DNA of 64,000 nt. It comes from Minisyncoccota bacterium (lineage in GTDB: Bacteria > Patescibacteriota > Minisyncoccia > Phycocordibacterales > JABAAK01). The stretch spans positions 493,942 through 557,941 of the forward strand of contig OZ244939.1 of assembly GCA_965222235.1 (NCBI GenBank), in the 5' to 3' direction. Positions within the stretch are counted from its first letter, which is position 1. Each line of letters begins with the position of its first letter. Both the position numbers and the translations under genes were made by a program. Shown piece by piece: positions 30,972-39,972 of this stretch. The notes beneath the pieces are model-generated. The model had not been told where the DNA came from, searched no databases, and worked only from the letters and a program-made list of their open reading frames with translations.

Positions 30972-31793
30972 GTGACAAAGAATATAGTAAAGCGAAGCGG
31001 CGCTCTGGTTACTTTTGACCGGTCAATTCTGGAACGTTCCCTGCGCCGTGCCGGCGCACCGGGTTCTTTGGCGAAGCATATATCAACTGAGGTTGAAAAA
31101 GACATGAAAGACGGTGATACAACCGGTGAGGTGTACAGAAAGGCATTTGAGATGCTCTCCGGCAATGCCAGGCATGTTGCCATGCGGTATTCGCTGAAGA
31201 AGGCGCTGTTCTCCCTCGGTCCGACCGGATTTCCGTTTGAAAAGTTCGTTGCGGAACTGTTCAGAAGAAAGGGGTACGTCGTGGCGACGAATGTGCACCT
31301 CAAAGGCCACTGTGTCAGTCATGAGGTTGATGTGCTGGCAACCGAGCCGGAACGGATAGCGATGGAGGTGAAATTTCACAATGATATGCACACACGCTCC
31401 GATGTCAAAGCGGTTCTATATATCAAGGCGCGGTTTGACGATCTGACCGGCACCGGCTTTTTCAAAAAAGGGGTGGTTGACCGCTGTATTCTGGTAACGA
31501 ACACGAAGTTCACAAAAAACGCCATTGCCTACGCGAACTGCTCGGGCGTGTCGCTGCTCGGGTGGGGGTATCCGTTCCGCAGCAACCTGCAGACATATAT
31601 TGAGGAGGTGGACGCACACCCCGTCACCTGCCTGCCGTCCGTCACCGTCTCGCTCGCGAAGAATCTGTTCGCCGAGGGCATCATCACCTGCAGGGGGCTG
31701 CTGGAGAATCAGGCGGTGCTTGAGGCGCTGCCGAATGCCGATCAGATCATCACTGAGGCGGAACTGCTGTGCGTGCCGTCGGGAAGACGCTGA
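30972..31793 (+). CDS. ATP-cone domain fused to an Mrr-like restriction endonuclease domain
   Basis: N-terminal IVKRSGALVTFDRSIL (ATP cone); GFPFEKFV, EVDVLA, MEVKFH and LVTNTKFT nuclease motifs. Confidence 0.8.
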   Translation: MTKNIVKRSGALVTFDRSILERSLRRAGAPGSLAKHISTEVEKDMKDGDTTGEVYRKAFEMLSGNARHVAMRYSLKKALFSLGPTGFPFEKFVAELFRRKGYVVATNVHLKGHCVSHEVDVLATEPERIAMEVKFHNDMHTRSDVKAVLYIKARFDDLTGTGFFKKGVVDRCILVTNTKFTKNAIAYANCSGVSLLGWGYPFRSNLQTYIEEVDAHPVTCLPSVTVSLAKNLFAEGIITCRGLLENQAVLEALPNADQIITEAELLCVPSGRR

Positions 31794-31821
31794 GAAGCGG
31801 AATAGCGTATACTGTTCATAT

Positions 31822-32586
31822 ATGAATGTTCACGCGACCCGCAGGCGGAATATATTTAATCCGGCAGGCGATGCGCCGTTTGAGCTCTCCCGCAGCAAGA
31901 TACAGCTGTTTTTGAACTGTCCCCGCTGTTTCTATCTTGACCGCCGCTTAGGCGTCGCACCGCCGAGAGGGTTTCCGTTCAATATCAATGAGGCGGTGGA
32001 TATATTGCTCAAGAAGGAATTTGATACCTTTCGAGAAAAACAGGAAGCGCATCCGCTGCTGCGTGAACATGACCTGTCATTAGTGCCGTTCCGGCACGAT
32101 GATCTGAACACCTGGCGCGATCCGTTCAAAGGCATTCGGTATCATCACACCGAATCCAACTTCATTGTCTTCGGCGGCGTGGATGATGTGTGGACAGATG
32201 CGGACGGCACGCTCTCTATTGTTGACTACAAGGCGACCAGCAAGGACGGGGAAGTGGACATCTCCGCTAAATGGCAGCGGTCGTACAAAAATCAGATTGA
32301 GATATATCAGTGGCTGTTCAGAAACAATACGTTCACTGTTTCGGACACGGGGTATTTCGTCTATGTAAACGGCGATCGTGATCGCGAGGCGTTCAACGGT
32401 ACGTTGTTCTTCAAAACCAAGCTCATCCCCTACACCGGCAGCGATACATGGATACCGGATGTGCTGATGCGCGCAAAAGAAACATTGACGGACGATGCGA
32501 TTCCTCCGGCAGGAACATACTGCGATTTTTGCCCGTACCGCGATGCGGCGGGGAAGTCATTCCGTGTGCATATGACCGGAGCCTGA
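31822..32586 (+). CDS. PD-(D/E)XK nuclease (AddB/Cas4-like)
   Basis: LSRSKIQLFLNCPRC, GGVDDV, IVDYKAT, QIEIY and C-terminal CDFCPY. Confidence 0.85.
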   Translation: MNVHATRRRNIFNPAGDAPFELSRSKIQLFLNCPRCFYLDRRLGVAPPRGFPFNINEAVDILLKKEFDTFREKQEAHPLLREHDLSLVPFRHDDLNTWRDPFKGIRYHHTESNFIVFGGVDDVWTDADGTLSIVDYKATSKDGEVDISAKWQRSYKNQIEIYQWLFRNNTFTVSDTGYFVYVNGDRDREAFNGTLFFKTKLIPYTGSDTWIPDVLMRAKETLTDDAIPPAGTYCDFCPYRDAAGKSFRVHMTGA

Positions 32587-32601
32587 GGTTTCAGATTTGT
32601 A

Positions 32602-35600
32602 TTACCGCGCACAATTTCCCGGGTCAGTAACACTACTACAAGTACCACCAGATATTGACCATCTTCCGTTAGAACAACGAACTGTTGCAGATCCACCGGT
32701 TTCAGTACCACAAGAACTATAGTTAATTGTATCAGTTACAGATCTAATTGATCCATTACTACCCCTTTGAACGGATCCAGAGCACCATCTTGTAGAACAG
32801 TATTTGTCTTTGCCGCTCCCGGAACATGAGGTTACTCTCCAAGATACATTTTTCCTTTCACAATCACCCGGATATCTGCAAAACTTACTGCAAGTAGAAG
32901 TGGCATCCTTACAACCAACTCCTCCCCAGAAACCAAATCTATCTGTTCTCCATCTTACAGTGCAACTGCCACCCAAAGCTGGTTCACAACATCGTCTTTG
33001 GCCTGCATGCCCACCGCATTCATTTGTTTTACAACACGAACCAGTGGTTACAACACTTCCTCCGGGACCACAAGGATTTTTCACCACACTACACAAACTA
33101 GTGAGCCGTCTCCCCGCTGAAGCCGGACCTTGACACCTCCATTTCTCATGGGTGGAGGTGTCATGTTGGGTTGTCTGTACCGCACTCCAACCACTCTTGC
33201 ATCTGTCTCGGGTTGTACCACACCGACCAATTATACTACATGCCCCCGTCGTCTTGGTACCCGTTTTGGATCTGGATTGGCTTGTGGATTTTGAGGACGA
33301 ACAGCCCGTGCAGGAGCGTGTCCGTGTCTGGGTAAAGCTGACACCTTTACACTCTGTTGATGTCGCCGGTGTCCAGGATGTCCAGGAGCCGCAGGAGCAG
33401 GTGGAGCTGCAGCTCGTATCACTCACACTCCAGCTCCCGGTATCACACGAAAAAGTCGCCGAACCGGTATAGTAGCTTTTATCATTGGTCGCACTGAATG
33501 AGGAGCCGTGAGATTTCAGGGATACATAATCACTGCAGTTGGTGGACCAGGTCTGTCTTCCTCCGGTACATCTGCAGCCGACCGCGGAGGCAGACTTGGT
33601 GCCGGTTGTGGATCTGGATTTTGGTGTACTTGACGGACAGCCCGTGCAGGTGCGTGTCTGGGTAAGGGAGTTCCCGGAGCACGCTGTTGATCTCGCCGGT
33701 GTCCAGGAGCCGCAGGAGCAGGTGGAGCTGCAGCTCGTATCACTCACACTCCAGCTCCTGGTATCACACGAAAAAGTCGCCGAACCGGTATAGTAGCTTT
33801 TATCATTGGTCGCACTGAATGAGGAGCCGTGAGATTTCAGGGATACATAATCACTGCAGTTGGTGGACCAGGTCTGTCTTCCTCCGGTACATCTGCAGCC
33901 GACCGCGGAGGCAGACTTGGTGCCGGTTGTGGATCTGGATTTTGGTGTACTTGACGGACAGCCCGTGCAGGTGCGTGTCTGGGTAAGGGAGTTCCCGGAG
34001 CACGCTGTTGATCTCGCCGGTGTCCAGGAGCCGCAGGAGCAGGTGGAGCTGCAGCTCGTATCACTCACACTCCAGCTCCCGGTATCACACGAAAAAGTCG
34101 CCGAACCGGTATAGTAGCTTTTATCATTGGTCGCACTGAATGAGGAGCCGTGAGATTTCAGGGATACATAATCACTGCAGTTGGTGGACCAGGTCTGTCT
34201 TCCTCCGGTACATCTGCAGCCGACCGCGGAGGCAGACTTGGTGCCGGTTGTGGATCTGGATTTTGGTGTACTTGACGGACAGCCCGTGCAGGTGCGTGTC
34301 TGGGTAAGGGAGTTCCCGGAGCACGCTGTTGATCTCGCCGGTGTCCAGGAGCCGCAGGAGCAGGTGGGCGGCGCGACATATCTCTCACAGTTCTCGTCGG
34401 TATATGTCAGCACCGTGCTGCTGCAGCTGTAGGAGACGGATCCCCGGGAGCCGCCACTGGTGTCTTCAAAGGTGCCCGAGCTGCCGTGTGCGACTTTGGT
34501 ATAGTTCGGGGGGTAGCAGGTACGGCTTCCCTCTGTCCATGAGGTGGGGGTGCATGTGCAGGTTTTGGTGCCGGAGATTGTTCTGGTTTCTGTTCTGTTT
34601 GAAGCGGTGGTTGTGGTACCGTTTTCTCTGCTGCACTCAGTGCCGCCGTTCCGTGGTGATGGGTTATTACACCTGCGGGTCTGGGTGACCGTGTCCGTTG
34701 AGCAGGTCAGCGAGGTTGAGGGGGTCCAGGAGGACCAGCCGCCGTGTGTCACAACCGGCGCGACATATCTCTCACAGTTCTCGTCGGTATATGTCAGCAC
34801 CGTGCTGCTGCAGCTGTAGGAGACGGATCCCCGGGAGCCGCCACTGGTGTCTTCAAAGGTGCCCGAGCTGCCGTGTGCGACTTTGGTATAGTTCGGGGGG
34901 TAGCAGGTACGGCTTCCCTCTGTCCATGAGGTGGGGGTGCATGTGCAGGTTTTGGTGCCGGAGACCTCCTCCTGTTCTATACCACAGGCACTGCCGGAGG
35001 GACAGGTGCGGGTCTGGGTGACCGTGTCCGTTGAGCAGGTCAGCGAGGTTGAGGGGGTCCAGGAGCTGCAGGAGCTCTCAATACATCGGTTCCGTGAGGC
35101 GGAGCAGGTTGGTGAATGTCCGTCGCAGGTTCCTTCACATACCCAGTTATAGGTATAGGTACCGTCAGGAGCAGCAGCGTCATTAGCGTTGCCGGCGGCG
35201 CATTGATTCCTGCCGGAGCCACATTGACCGGCAACGGGTGTACAGTGCGTATGCGATTTTTCACACAAACTGGAAGATATTCCGCTCGGGTGATATTCGA
35301 AGAAGGAGCACAGTTCTTCGGCGGTGGTATTGCCGACAAAGACATCACTGTTGGTATTGTTAGTGATATTTCTGCATCGCCACACACCGTTATGCGTTGC
35401 TGATACCTCCTCGGCACTATTGGCTTCAACCCGCACCCCTCTGCCGGAAGAAACGAGACCAGGGTTTGCTATGGTGGTACAGCTTTCATTGCCATGATAC
35501 TGAGTATCAGCCGTTACCACATTGGCGGAGGACGTGGCAATCAGAATACATACAAGAGAGAAAAGTCCCAGACATAATGCCAATTTGGGATGTGCTACAT

Positions 35601-35613
35601 GCATATGTACCAT
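32602..35613 (-). CDS. Secreted Cys/Ser/Thr-rich repeat surface protein with TSP1-like modules; the only complete copy (copy A, presumed expression site)
   Basis: 1003 aa; N-terminal signal/TM (KLALCLGLFSLVCILIA); WSSWT...TQTRRCNNPSPRNGG TSP1-like module; three 107-aa repeats; unique C-terminal tip. Confidence 0.9.
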   Translation of the reverse strand: MVHMHVAHPKLALCLGLFSLVCILIATSSANVVTADTQYHGNESCTTIANPGLVSSGRGVRVEANSAEEVSATHNGVWRCRNITNNTNSDVFVGNTTAEELCSFFEYHPSGISSSLCEKSHTHCTPVAGQCGSGRNQCAAGNANDAAAPDGTYTYNWVCEGTCDGHSPTCSASRNRCIESSCSSWTPSTSLTCSTDTVTQTRTCPSGSACGIEQEEVSGTKTCTCTPTSWTEGSRTCYPPNYTKVAHGSSGTFEDTSGGSRGSVSYSCSSTVLTYTDENCERYVAPVVTHGGWSSWTPSTSLTCSTDTVTQTRRCNNPSPRNGGTECSRENGTTTTASNRTETRTISGTKTCTCTPTSWTEGSRTCYPPNYTKVAHGSSGTFEDTSGGSRGSVSYSCSSTVLTYTDENCERYVAPPTCSCGSWTPARSTACSGNSLTQTRTCTGCPSSTPKSRSTTGTKSASAVGCRCTGGRQTWSTNCSDYVSLKSHGSSFSATNDKSYYTGSATFSCDTGSWSVSDTSCSSTCSCGSWTPARSTACSGNSLTQTRTCTGCPSSTPKSRSTTGTKSASAVGCRCTGGRQTWSTNCSDYVSLKSHGSSFSATNDKSYYTGSATFSCDTRSWSVSDTSCSSTCSCGSWTPARSTACSGNSLTQTRTCTGCPSSTPKSRSTTGTKSASAVGCRCTGGRQTWSTNCSDYVSLKSHGSSFSATNDKSYYTGSATFSCDTGSWSVSDTSCSSTCSCGSWTSWTPATSTECKGVSFTQTRTRSCTGCSSSKSTSQSRSKTGTKTTGACSIIGRCGTTRDRCKSGWSAVQTTQHDTSTHEKWRCQGPASAGRRLTSLCSVVKNPCGPGGSVVTTGSCCKTNECGGHAGQRRCCEPALGGSCTVRWRTDRFGFWGGVGCKDATSTCSKFCRYPGDCERKNVSWRVTSCSGSGKDKYCSTRWCSGSVQRGSNGSIRSVTDTINYSSCGTETGGSATVRCSNGRWSISGGTCSSVTDPGNCAR
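33379..34367. repeat. Tandem 321-bp coding repeat, about 3 copies, in copy A
   Basis: Units recur every 321 bp; one substitution seen (DTGSW to DTRSW). Confidence 0.92.
34370..34964. repeat. Direct repeat of about 208 bp (387-bp period) within copy A
   Basis: GTKTCTCTPTSWTEGSRTC...ENCERYVAP is encoded twice (34370-34577 and 34757-34964). Confidence 0.85.
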
Positions 35614-36180
35614 ATTACTTTATTTTATACAGAAACATACACACTGATGTGTAAAAATAGAAATTTACCTATTCTTCGAATATCACCCGAGCGGAATATC
35701 TTCCAGTTTGTGTGAAAAATCGCATACGCACTGTACACCCGTTGCCGGTCAATGTGGCTCCGGCAGGAATCAATGCGCCGCCGGCAACGCTAATGACGCT
35801 GCTGCTCCTGACGGTACCTATACCTATAACTGGGTATGTGAAGGAACCTGCGACGGACATTCACCAACCTGCTCCGCCTCACGGAACCGATGTATTGAGA
35901 GCTCCTGCAGCTCCTGGACCCCCTCAACCTCGCTGACCTGCTCAACGGACACGGTCACCCAGACCCGCACCTGTCCCTCCGGCAGTGCCTGTGGTATAGA
36001 ACAGGAGGAGGTCTCCGGCACCAAAACCTGCACATGCACCCCCACCTCATGGACAGAGGGAAGCCGTACCTGCTACCCCCCGAACTATACCAAAGTCGCA
36101 CACGGCAGCTCGGGCACCTTTGAAGACACCAGTGGCGGCTCCCGGGGATCCGTCTCCTACAGCTGCAGCAGCACGGTGCT
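34796..36180. repeat. 509-bp inverted repeat pair (34796-35304 and 35672-36180) around a 367-bp spacer
   Basis: 35672 ttcttcgaatatcacc... is the reverse complement of ...ggtgatattcgaagaa ending at 35304, and identity runs to ...agcacggtgct at 36180/34796. The spacer holds the start, signal peptide and upstream region of copy A. Confidence 0.92.
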
Positions 36181-37198
36181 TGAATACAGCAATGTTGACT
36201 GCCACACCGCTACCAAAGCCTGCCTCCCGACAAGACGGACCTGGCTCAATACCTGCAGTGGTATTAGTCCGGCACGGGCTCACAACAGCAGTGTTGAAGT
36301 GACCAATGATCAGTCAGGTTACACCGGCGAAGCTTTCTTTTCGTGTGATAACGGGAGCTGGAGTGTGAGTGATACGAGCTGCAGCTCCACCTGCTCCTGC
36401 GGCTCCTGGACACCGGCGAGATCAACAGCGTGCTCCGGGAACTCCCTTACCCAGACACGCACCTGCACGGGCTGTCCGTCAAGTACACCAAAATCCAGAT
36501 CCACAACCGGCACCAAGTCTGCCTCCGCGGTCGGCTGCAGATGTACCGGAGGAAGACAGACCTGGTCCACCAACTGCAGTGATTATGTATCCCTGAAATC
36601 TCACGGCTCCTCATTCAGTGCGACCAATGATAAAAGCTACTATACCGGTTCGGCGACTTTTTCGTGTGATACCGGGAGCTGGAGTGTGAGTGATACGAGC
36701 TGCAGCTCCACCTGCTCCTGCGGCTCCTGGACATCCTGGACACCGGCGACATCAACAGAGTGTAAAGGTGTCAGCTTTACCCAGACACGGACACGCTCCT
36801 GCACGGGCTGTTCGTCCTCAAAATCCACAAGCCAATCCAGATCCAAAACGGGTACCAAGACGACGGGGGCATGTAGTATAATTGGTCGGTGTGGTACAAC
36901 CCGAGACAGATGCAAGAGTGGTTGGAGTGCGGTACAGACAACCCAACATGACACCTCCACCCATGAGAAATGGAGGTGTCAAGGTCCGGCTTCAGCGGGG
37001 AGGCGGCTCACTAGTTTGTGTAGTGTGATAACTGGAGTCAGGCCCAGGTGTGGTTCTTGGAAGAGACCACATAATCCGTGTCCCCGTGGTGAAGAGCAAA
37101 ATAGCCGGAAAGCAGATACCTGTAAATATAGATGGGAATGTAGAGGGACCGGAATTTATCAAACGCAAGTCGTGTCATGCAGCCGAAAAGAAGGATAA
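35672..37198 (+). CDS. Headless cassette B of the Cys-rich surface protein
   Basis: Homology begins abruptly mid-gene (FFEYHPSG...); in-frame TGA at 35645; no ATG or signal peptide; one 107-aa unit; own C-terminal tip. Confidence 0.85.
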   Translation, partial: FFEYHPSGISSSLCEKSHTHCTPVAGQCGSGRNQCAAGNANDAAAPDGTYTYNWVCEGTCDGHSPTCSASRNRCIESSCSSWTPSTSLTCSTDTVTQTRTCPSGSACGIEQEEVSGTKTCTCTPTSWTEGSRTCYPPNYTKVAHGSSGTFEDTSGGSRGSVSYSCSSTVLEYSNVDCHTATKACLPTRRTWLNTCSGISPARAHNSSVEVTNDQSGYTGEAFFSCDNGSWSVSDTSCSSTCSCGSWTPARSTACSGNSLTQTRTCTGCPSSTPKSRSTTGTKSASAVGCRCTGGRQTWSTNCSDYVSLKSHGSSFSATNDKSYYTGSATFSCDTGSWSVSDTSCSSTCSCGSWTSWTPATSTECKGVSFTQTRTRSCTGCSSSKSTSQSRSKTGTKTTGACSIIGRCGTTRDRCKSGWSAVQTTQHDTSTHEKWRCQGPASAGRRLTSLCSVITGVRPRCGSWKRPHNPCPRGEEQNSRKADTCKYRWECRGTGIYQTQVVSCSRKEG

Positions 37199-37293
37199 AT
37201 ATAGTAAGTATGCGTACGGAAAAACAAAATTATGCGGAATCATTGCCATGAAAACAAGTCCCGCATGTATTAAAAAATAACTACACATTAAAT

Positions 37294-38565
37294 ATGAACA
37301 AAATAATTCTAATAATTTTGCCGTTTGCGTTACTGATCATTACAGCGGTATGGTTCAACATCAGGATAAGTAGTGAGCGCGACGGAATTGAACAAACAAT
37401 ACAAGAACTGCCAGATCCGCATGAAGCACACTCAGTATCGTATCTGACAAACAACGGTATTGCACTGTTCGGCTCTCTACGACATACACACAGCGGAACA
37501 ACAGATAATCCTGAGGAGGAAGACGGGCATGATGATGAAAATGATGAAGACGACGATGCCATCTCAGAGATATTCCTCTTCTCGCCAGATAACATCCTGC
37601 TTGATTCATTACGGGACGAAACCAACACCGGAATGGGACGAAGTGTTATTGGGTTTGATGATACGCTTCTTATTTCATTCCCGGAAGCGAATGATCGTTC
37701 CGGTTTTATCGGAGTATACCGGATTACCGATGAAAAACTGAAGAAAGTCGGTGAAATCAAATCATCTGATGACGGTAATGAACTTGACTTCGGCGGATCA
37801 ATGGATATAGCCGGAACCCTGTTATTCGTTGGTGCTGATGACAGGTCGGTTAACGGCAAGGAGGAGGTTGGCGGCGTGTATATCATAGACTTGAAAAGTG
37901 GGAGGGAGGTATCGGCGTTCAGTCCGATTGTCAGTGAAGAACATGAATTCGGAGCGAAAGTATTTGCACATGCGGATACCAAAACATTGTTTGTTGCCTC
38001 CGAGGGTGTTATCAGTTCCGCAATCGGAGGCGGATCTGTGGATGTCTTTTCATACTCGGATGCCGGTGAATTGACACATCTGCAACACATTGCTCGTCCT
38101 GACAATTTTGCAGGTTTGTTTGGTCACTCACTGACGCACACGGATGACTACCTGCTCATAGGGTCTATTTCAGAGCTGGAGAACGAAGACCGGCGGATGT
38201 CAGGAACACGCGGCAGAGTGTATGTGTATAGGCGTAACGGAGATATGTACCGGTATGTCAGCCATACGGAGGGCACGGAACATTCTAACTTCGGCTTTGC
38301 GATGAAATATGATAATGATACAGATGAGATTCTCATTTCGTCACCGACAATGAACACGATAGGGGTCTATGAAATCACCCGGGACACACTGCAACTCAAA
38401 TACGAAATCATCCATGAAGCAACATTTTTTGGTCATTCCTTTGATATCAGTGGTGGGCGACTGGCATCCACTGCACTGGGCACCGAGATTGGTGACGAGA
38501 AGTTCGTCTTCTGCAGGAAGAATGGTGCTGGGAAATACACCAACTGTGTGGTGAACGGTAAATGA
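37294..38565 (+). CDS. Membrane-anchored FG-GAP/integrin-alpha-like beta-propeller protein (paralog 1)
   Basis: N-terminal TM helix, acidic His-rich linker, repeated FG motifs (FGGSMDI..VGA..GGVYI, FGAKV, FGHSL..GRVYVY, FGFAM, FGHSFD). Confidence 0.8.
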   Translation: MNKIILIILPFALLIITAVWFNIRISSERDGIEQTIQELPDPHEAHSVSYLTNNGIALFGSLRHTHSGTTDNPEEEDGHDDENDEDDDAISEIFLFSPDNILLDSLRDETNTGMGRSVIGFDDTLLISFPEANDRSGFIGVYRITDEKLKKVGEIKSSDDGNELDFGGSMDIAGTLLFVGADDRSVNGKEEVGGVYIIDLKSGREVSAFSPIVSEEHEFGAKVFAHADTKTLFVASEGVISSAIGGGSVDVFSYSDAGELTHLQHIARPDNFAGLFGHSLTHTDDYLLIGSISELENEDRRMSGTRGRVYVYRRNGDMYRYVSHTEGTEHSNFGFAMKYDNDTDEILISSPTMNTIGVYEITRDTLQLKYEIIHEATFFGHSFDISGGRLASTALGTEIGDEKFVFCRKNGAGKYTNCVVNGK

Positions 38566-38569
38566 CATA

Positions 38570-39862
38570 TCATCTCCTCACACATCCTATCTGATATCGA
38601 TACGCATTACCACGGCACCTCCAGTTATCGCTCCCCCAGATTCCGCCGGAGTGATCATGTTCATAACAGGTTTCAACAGCCCTATCTCTCCATCCATGAC
38701 CGCCGCTGTTGGAAGAATCATTATCCTTACACCCCGGACGACCGTCACAGAATACTGAGTAAGTTGCTGACCAATCCCTATATTGTGTCCAGCCGGAAGG
38801 ACAGTTGAGACTTTTCGGGGCTCGTGAATCGGCGGTACATATAGAAACATTACCGCATGTTTGAGGTGCTTGATGCCTTCTGCAACATCGATCACCCTTA
38901 TCGCAATTGTACCACTCTAAACAAGTTCCTGCACCACAGTCCTTACCGGTACAGGGGCGACACGCATATCTGGAACTAGAACGAGTGGCGTTATTACACT
39001 GACCGGAATAATGTCCTGTCGCCAATCTGCCACTCGGCGTTGGGTTGGAAAACTTACATATCTTACAACTCCCTGTATTATACAGAGATCCCCCGGCCGC
39101 CGCACACTCCGCCTCCCTACCATTGTTACCGCATAGATACTTTATATCACATGCCCCCGTCGTCTTGGTACCCGTTTTGGATCTGGATTGGCTTGTGGAT
39201 TTTGAGGCCGGACAGCCCGTGCAGGAGCGTGTCCGTGTCTGGGTAAAGCTGACACCTTTACACTTTGTTGATGTCGCCGGTGTCCAGGATGTCCAGGCGC
39301 CGCAGGAGCAGGTGGAGCTGCAGCTCGTATCACTCACACTCCAGCTCCCGGTATCACACGAAAAAGTCGCCGAACCGGTATAGTAGCTTTTATCATTGGT
39401 CGCACTGAATGAGGAGCCGTGAGATTTCAGGGATACATAATCACTGCAGTTGGTGGACCAGGTCTGTCTTCCTCCGGTACATCTGCAGCCGACCGCGGAG
39501 GCAGACTTGGTGCCGGTTGTGGATCTGGATTTTGGTGTACTTGACGGACAACCCGTGCAGGTGCGTGTCTGGGTAAGGGAGTTCCCGGAGCACGCTGTTG
39601 ATCTCGCCGGTGTCCAGGAGCCGCAGGAGCAGGTGGGCGGCGCGACATATCTCTCACAGTTCTCGTCGGTATATGTCAGCACCGTGCTGCTGCAGCTGTA
39701 GGAGACGGATCCCCGGGAGCCGCCACTGGTGTCTTCAAAGGTGCCCGAGCTGCCGTGTGCGACTTTGGTATAGTTCGGGGGGTAGCAGGTACGGCTTCCC
39801 TCTGTCCATGAGGTGGGGGTGCATGTGCAGGTTTTGGTGCCGGAGACCTCCTCCTGTTCTAT
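38570..39862 (-). CDS. Headless cassette C of the Cys-rich surface protein
   Basis: Identity to copy A begins abruptly at about 39863 (IEQEEVSG...). No ATG or signal peptide before the upstream in-frame TGA. One 107-aa unit; long unique tip after KTTGAC. Confidence 0.85.
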   Translation of the reverse strand: MEQEEVSGTKTCTCTPTSWTEGSRTCYPPNYTKVAHGSSGTFEDTSGGSRGSVSYSCSSTVLTYTDENCERYVAPPTCSCGSWTPARSTACSGNSLTQTRTCTGCPSSTPKSRSTTGTKSASAVGCRCTGGRQTWSTNCSDYVSLKSHGSSFSATNDKSYYTGSATFSCDTGSWSVSDTSCSSTCSCGAWTSWTPATSTKCKGVSFTQTRTRSCTGCPASKSTSQSRSKTGTKTTGACDIKYLCGNNGREAECAAAGGSLYNTGSCKICKFSNPTPSGRLATGHYSGQCNNATRSSSRYACRPCTGKDCGAGTCLEWYNCDKGDRCCRRHQAPQTCGNVSICTADSRAPKSLNCPSGWTQYRDWSATYSVFCDGRPGCKDNDSSNSGGHGWRDRAVETCYEHDHSGGIWGSDNWRCRGNAYRYQIGCVRR

Positions 39863-39928
39863 ATCTATAATGACTATTGCTGTGGATTCATCATGTCAGT
39901 TCATTCTATTTTGAATATGTAAAAGAAG

Positions 39929-39954
39929 AGAGCCCCCGCGTATGCGGGGGCTCT
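39929..39954 (-). terminator. Terminator of the subtilase gene, upstream of cassette C
   Basis: agagcccccgc-4 nt-gcgggggctct followed by a T-rich tract on the minus strand. Confidence 0.75.
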
Positions 39955-39972
39955 GAAAGAGCGAGGAGCAGG

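Noticed and set aside
31822-32586. Cas4 indicating a CRISPR-Cas system
   Set aside because: Stand-alone PD-(D/E)XK nuclease with no cas1, cas2 or array nearby.
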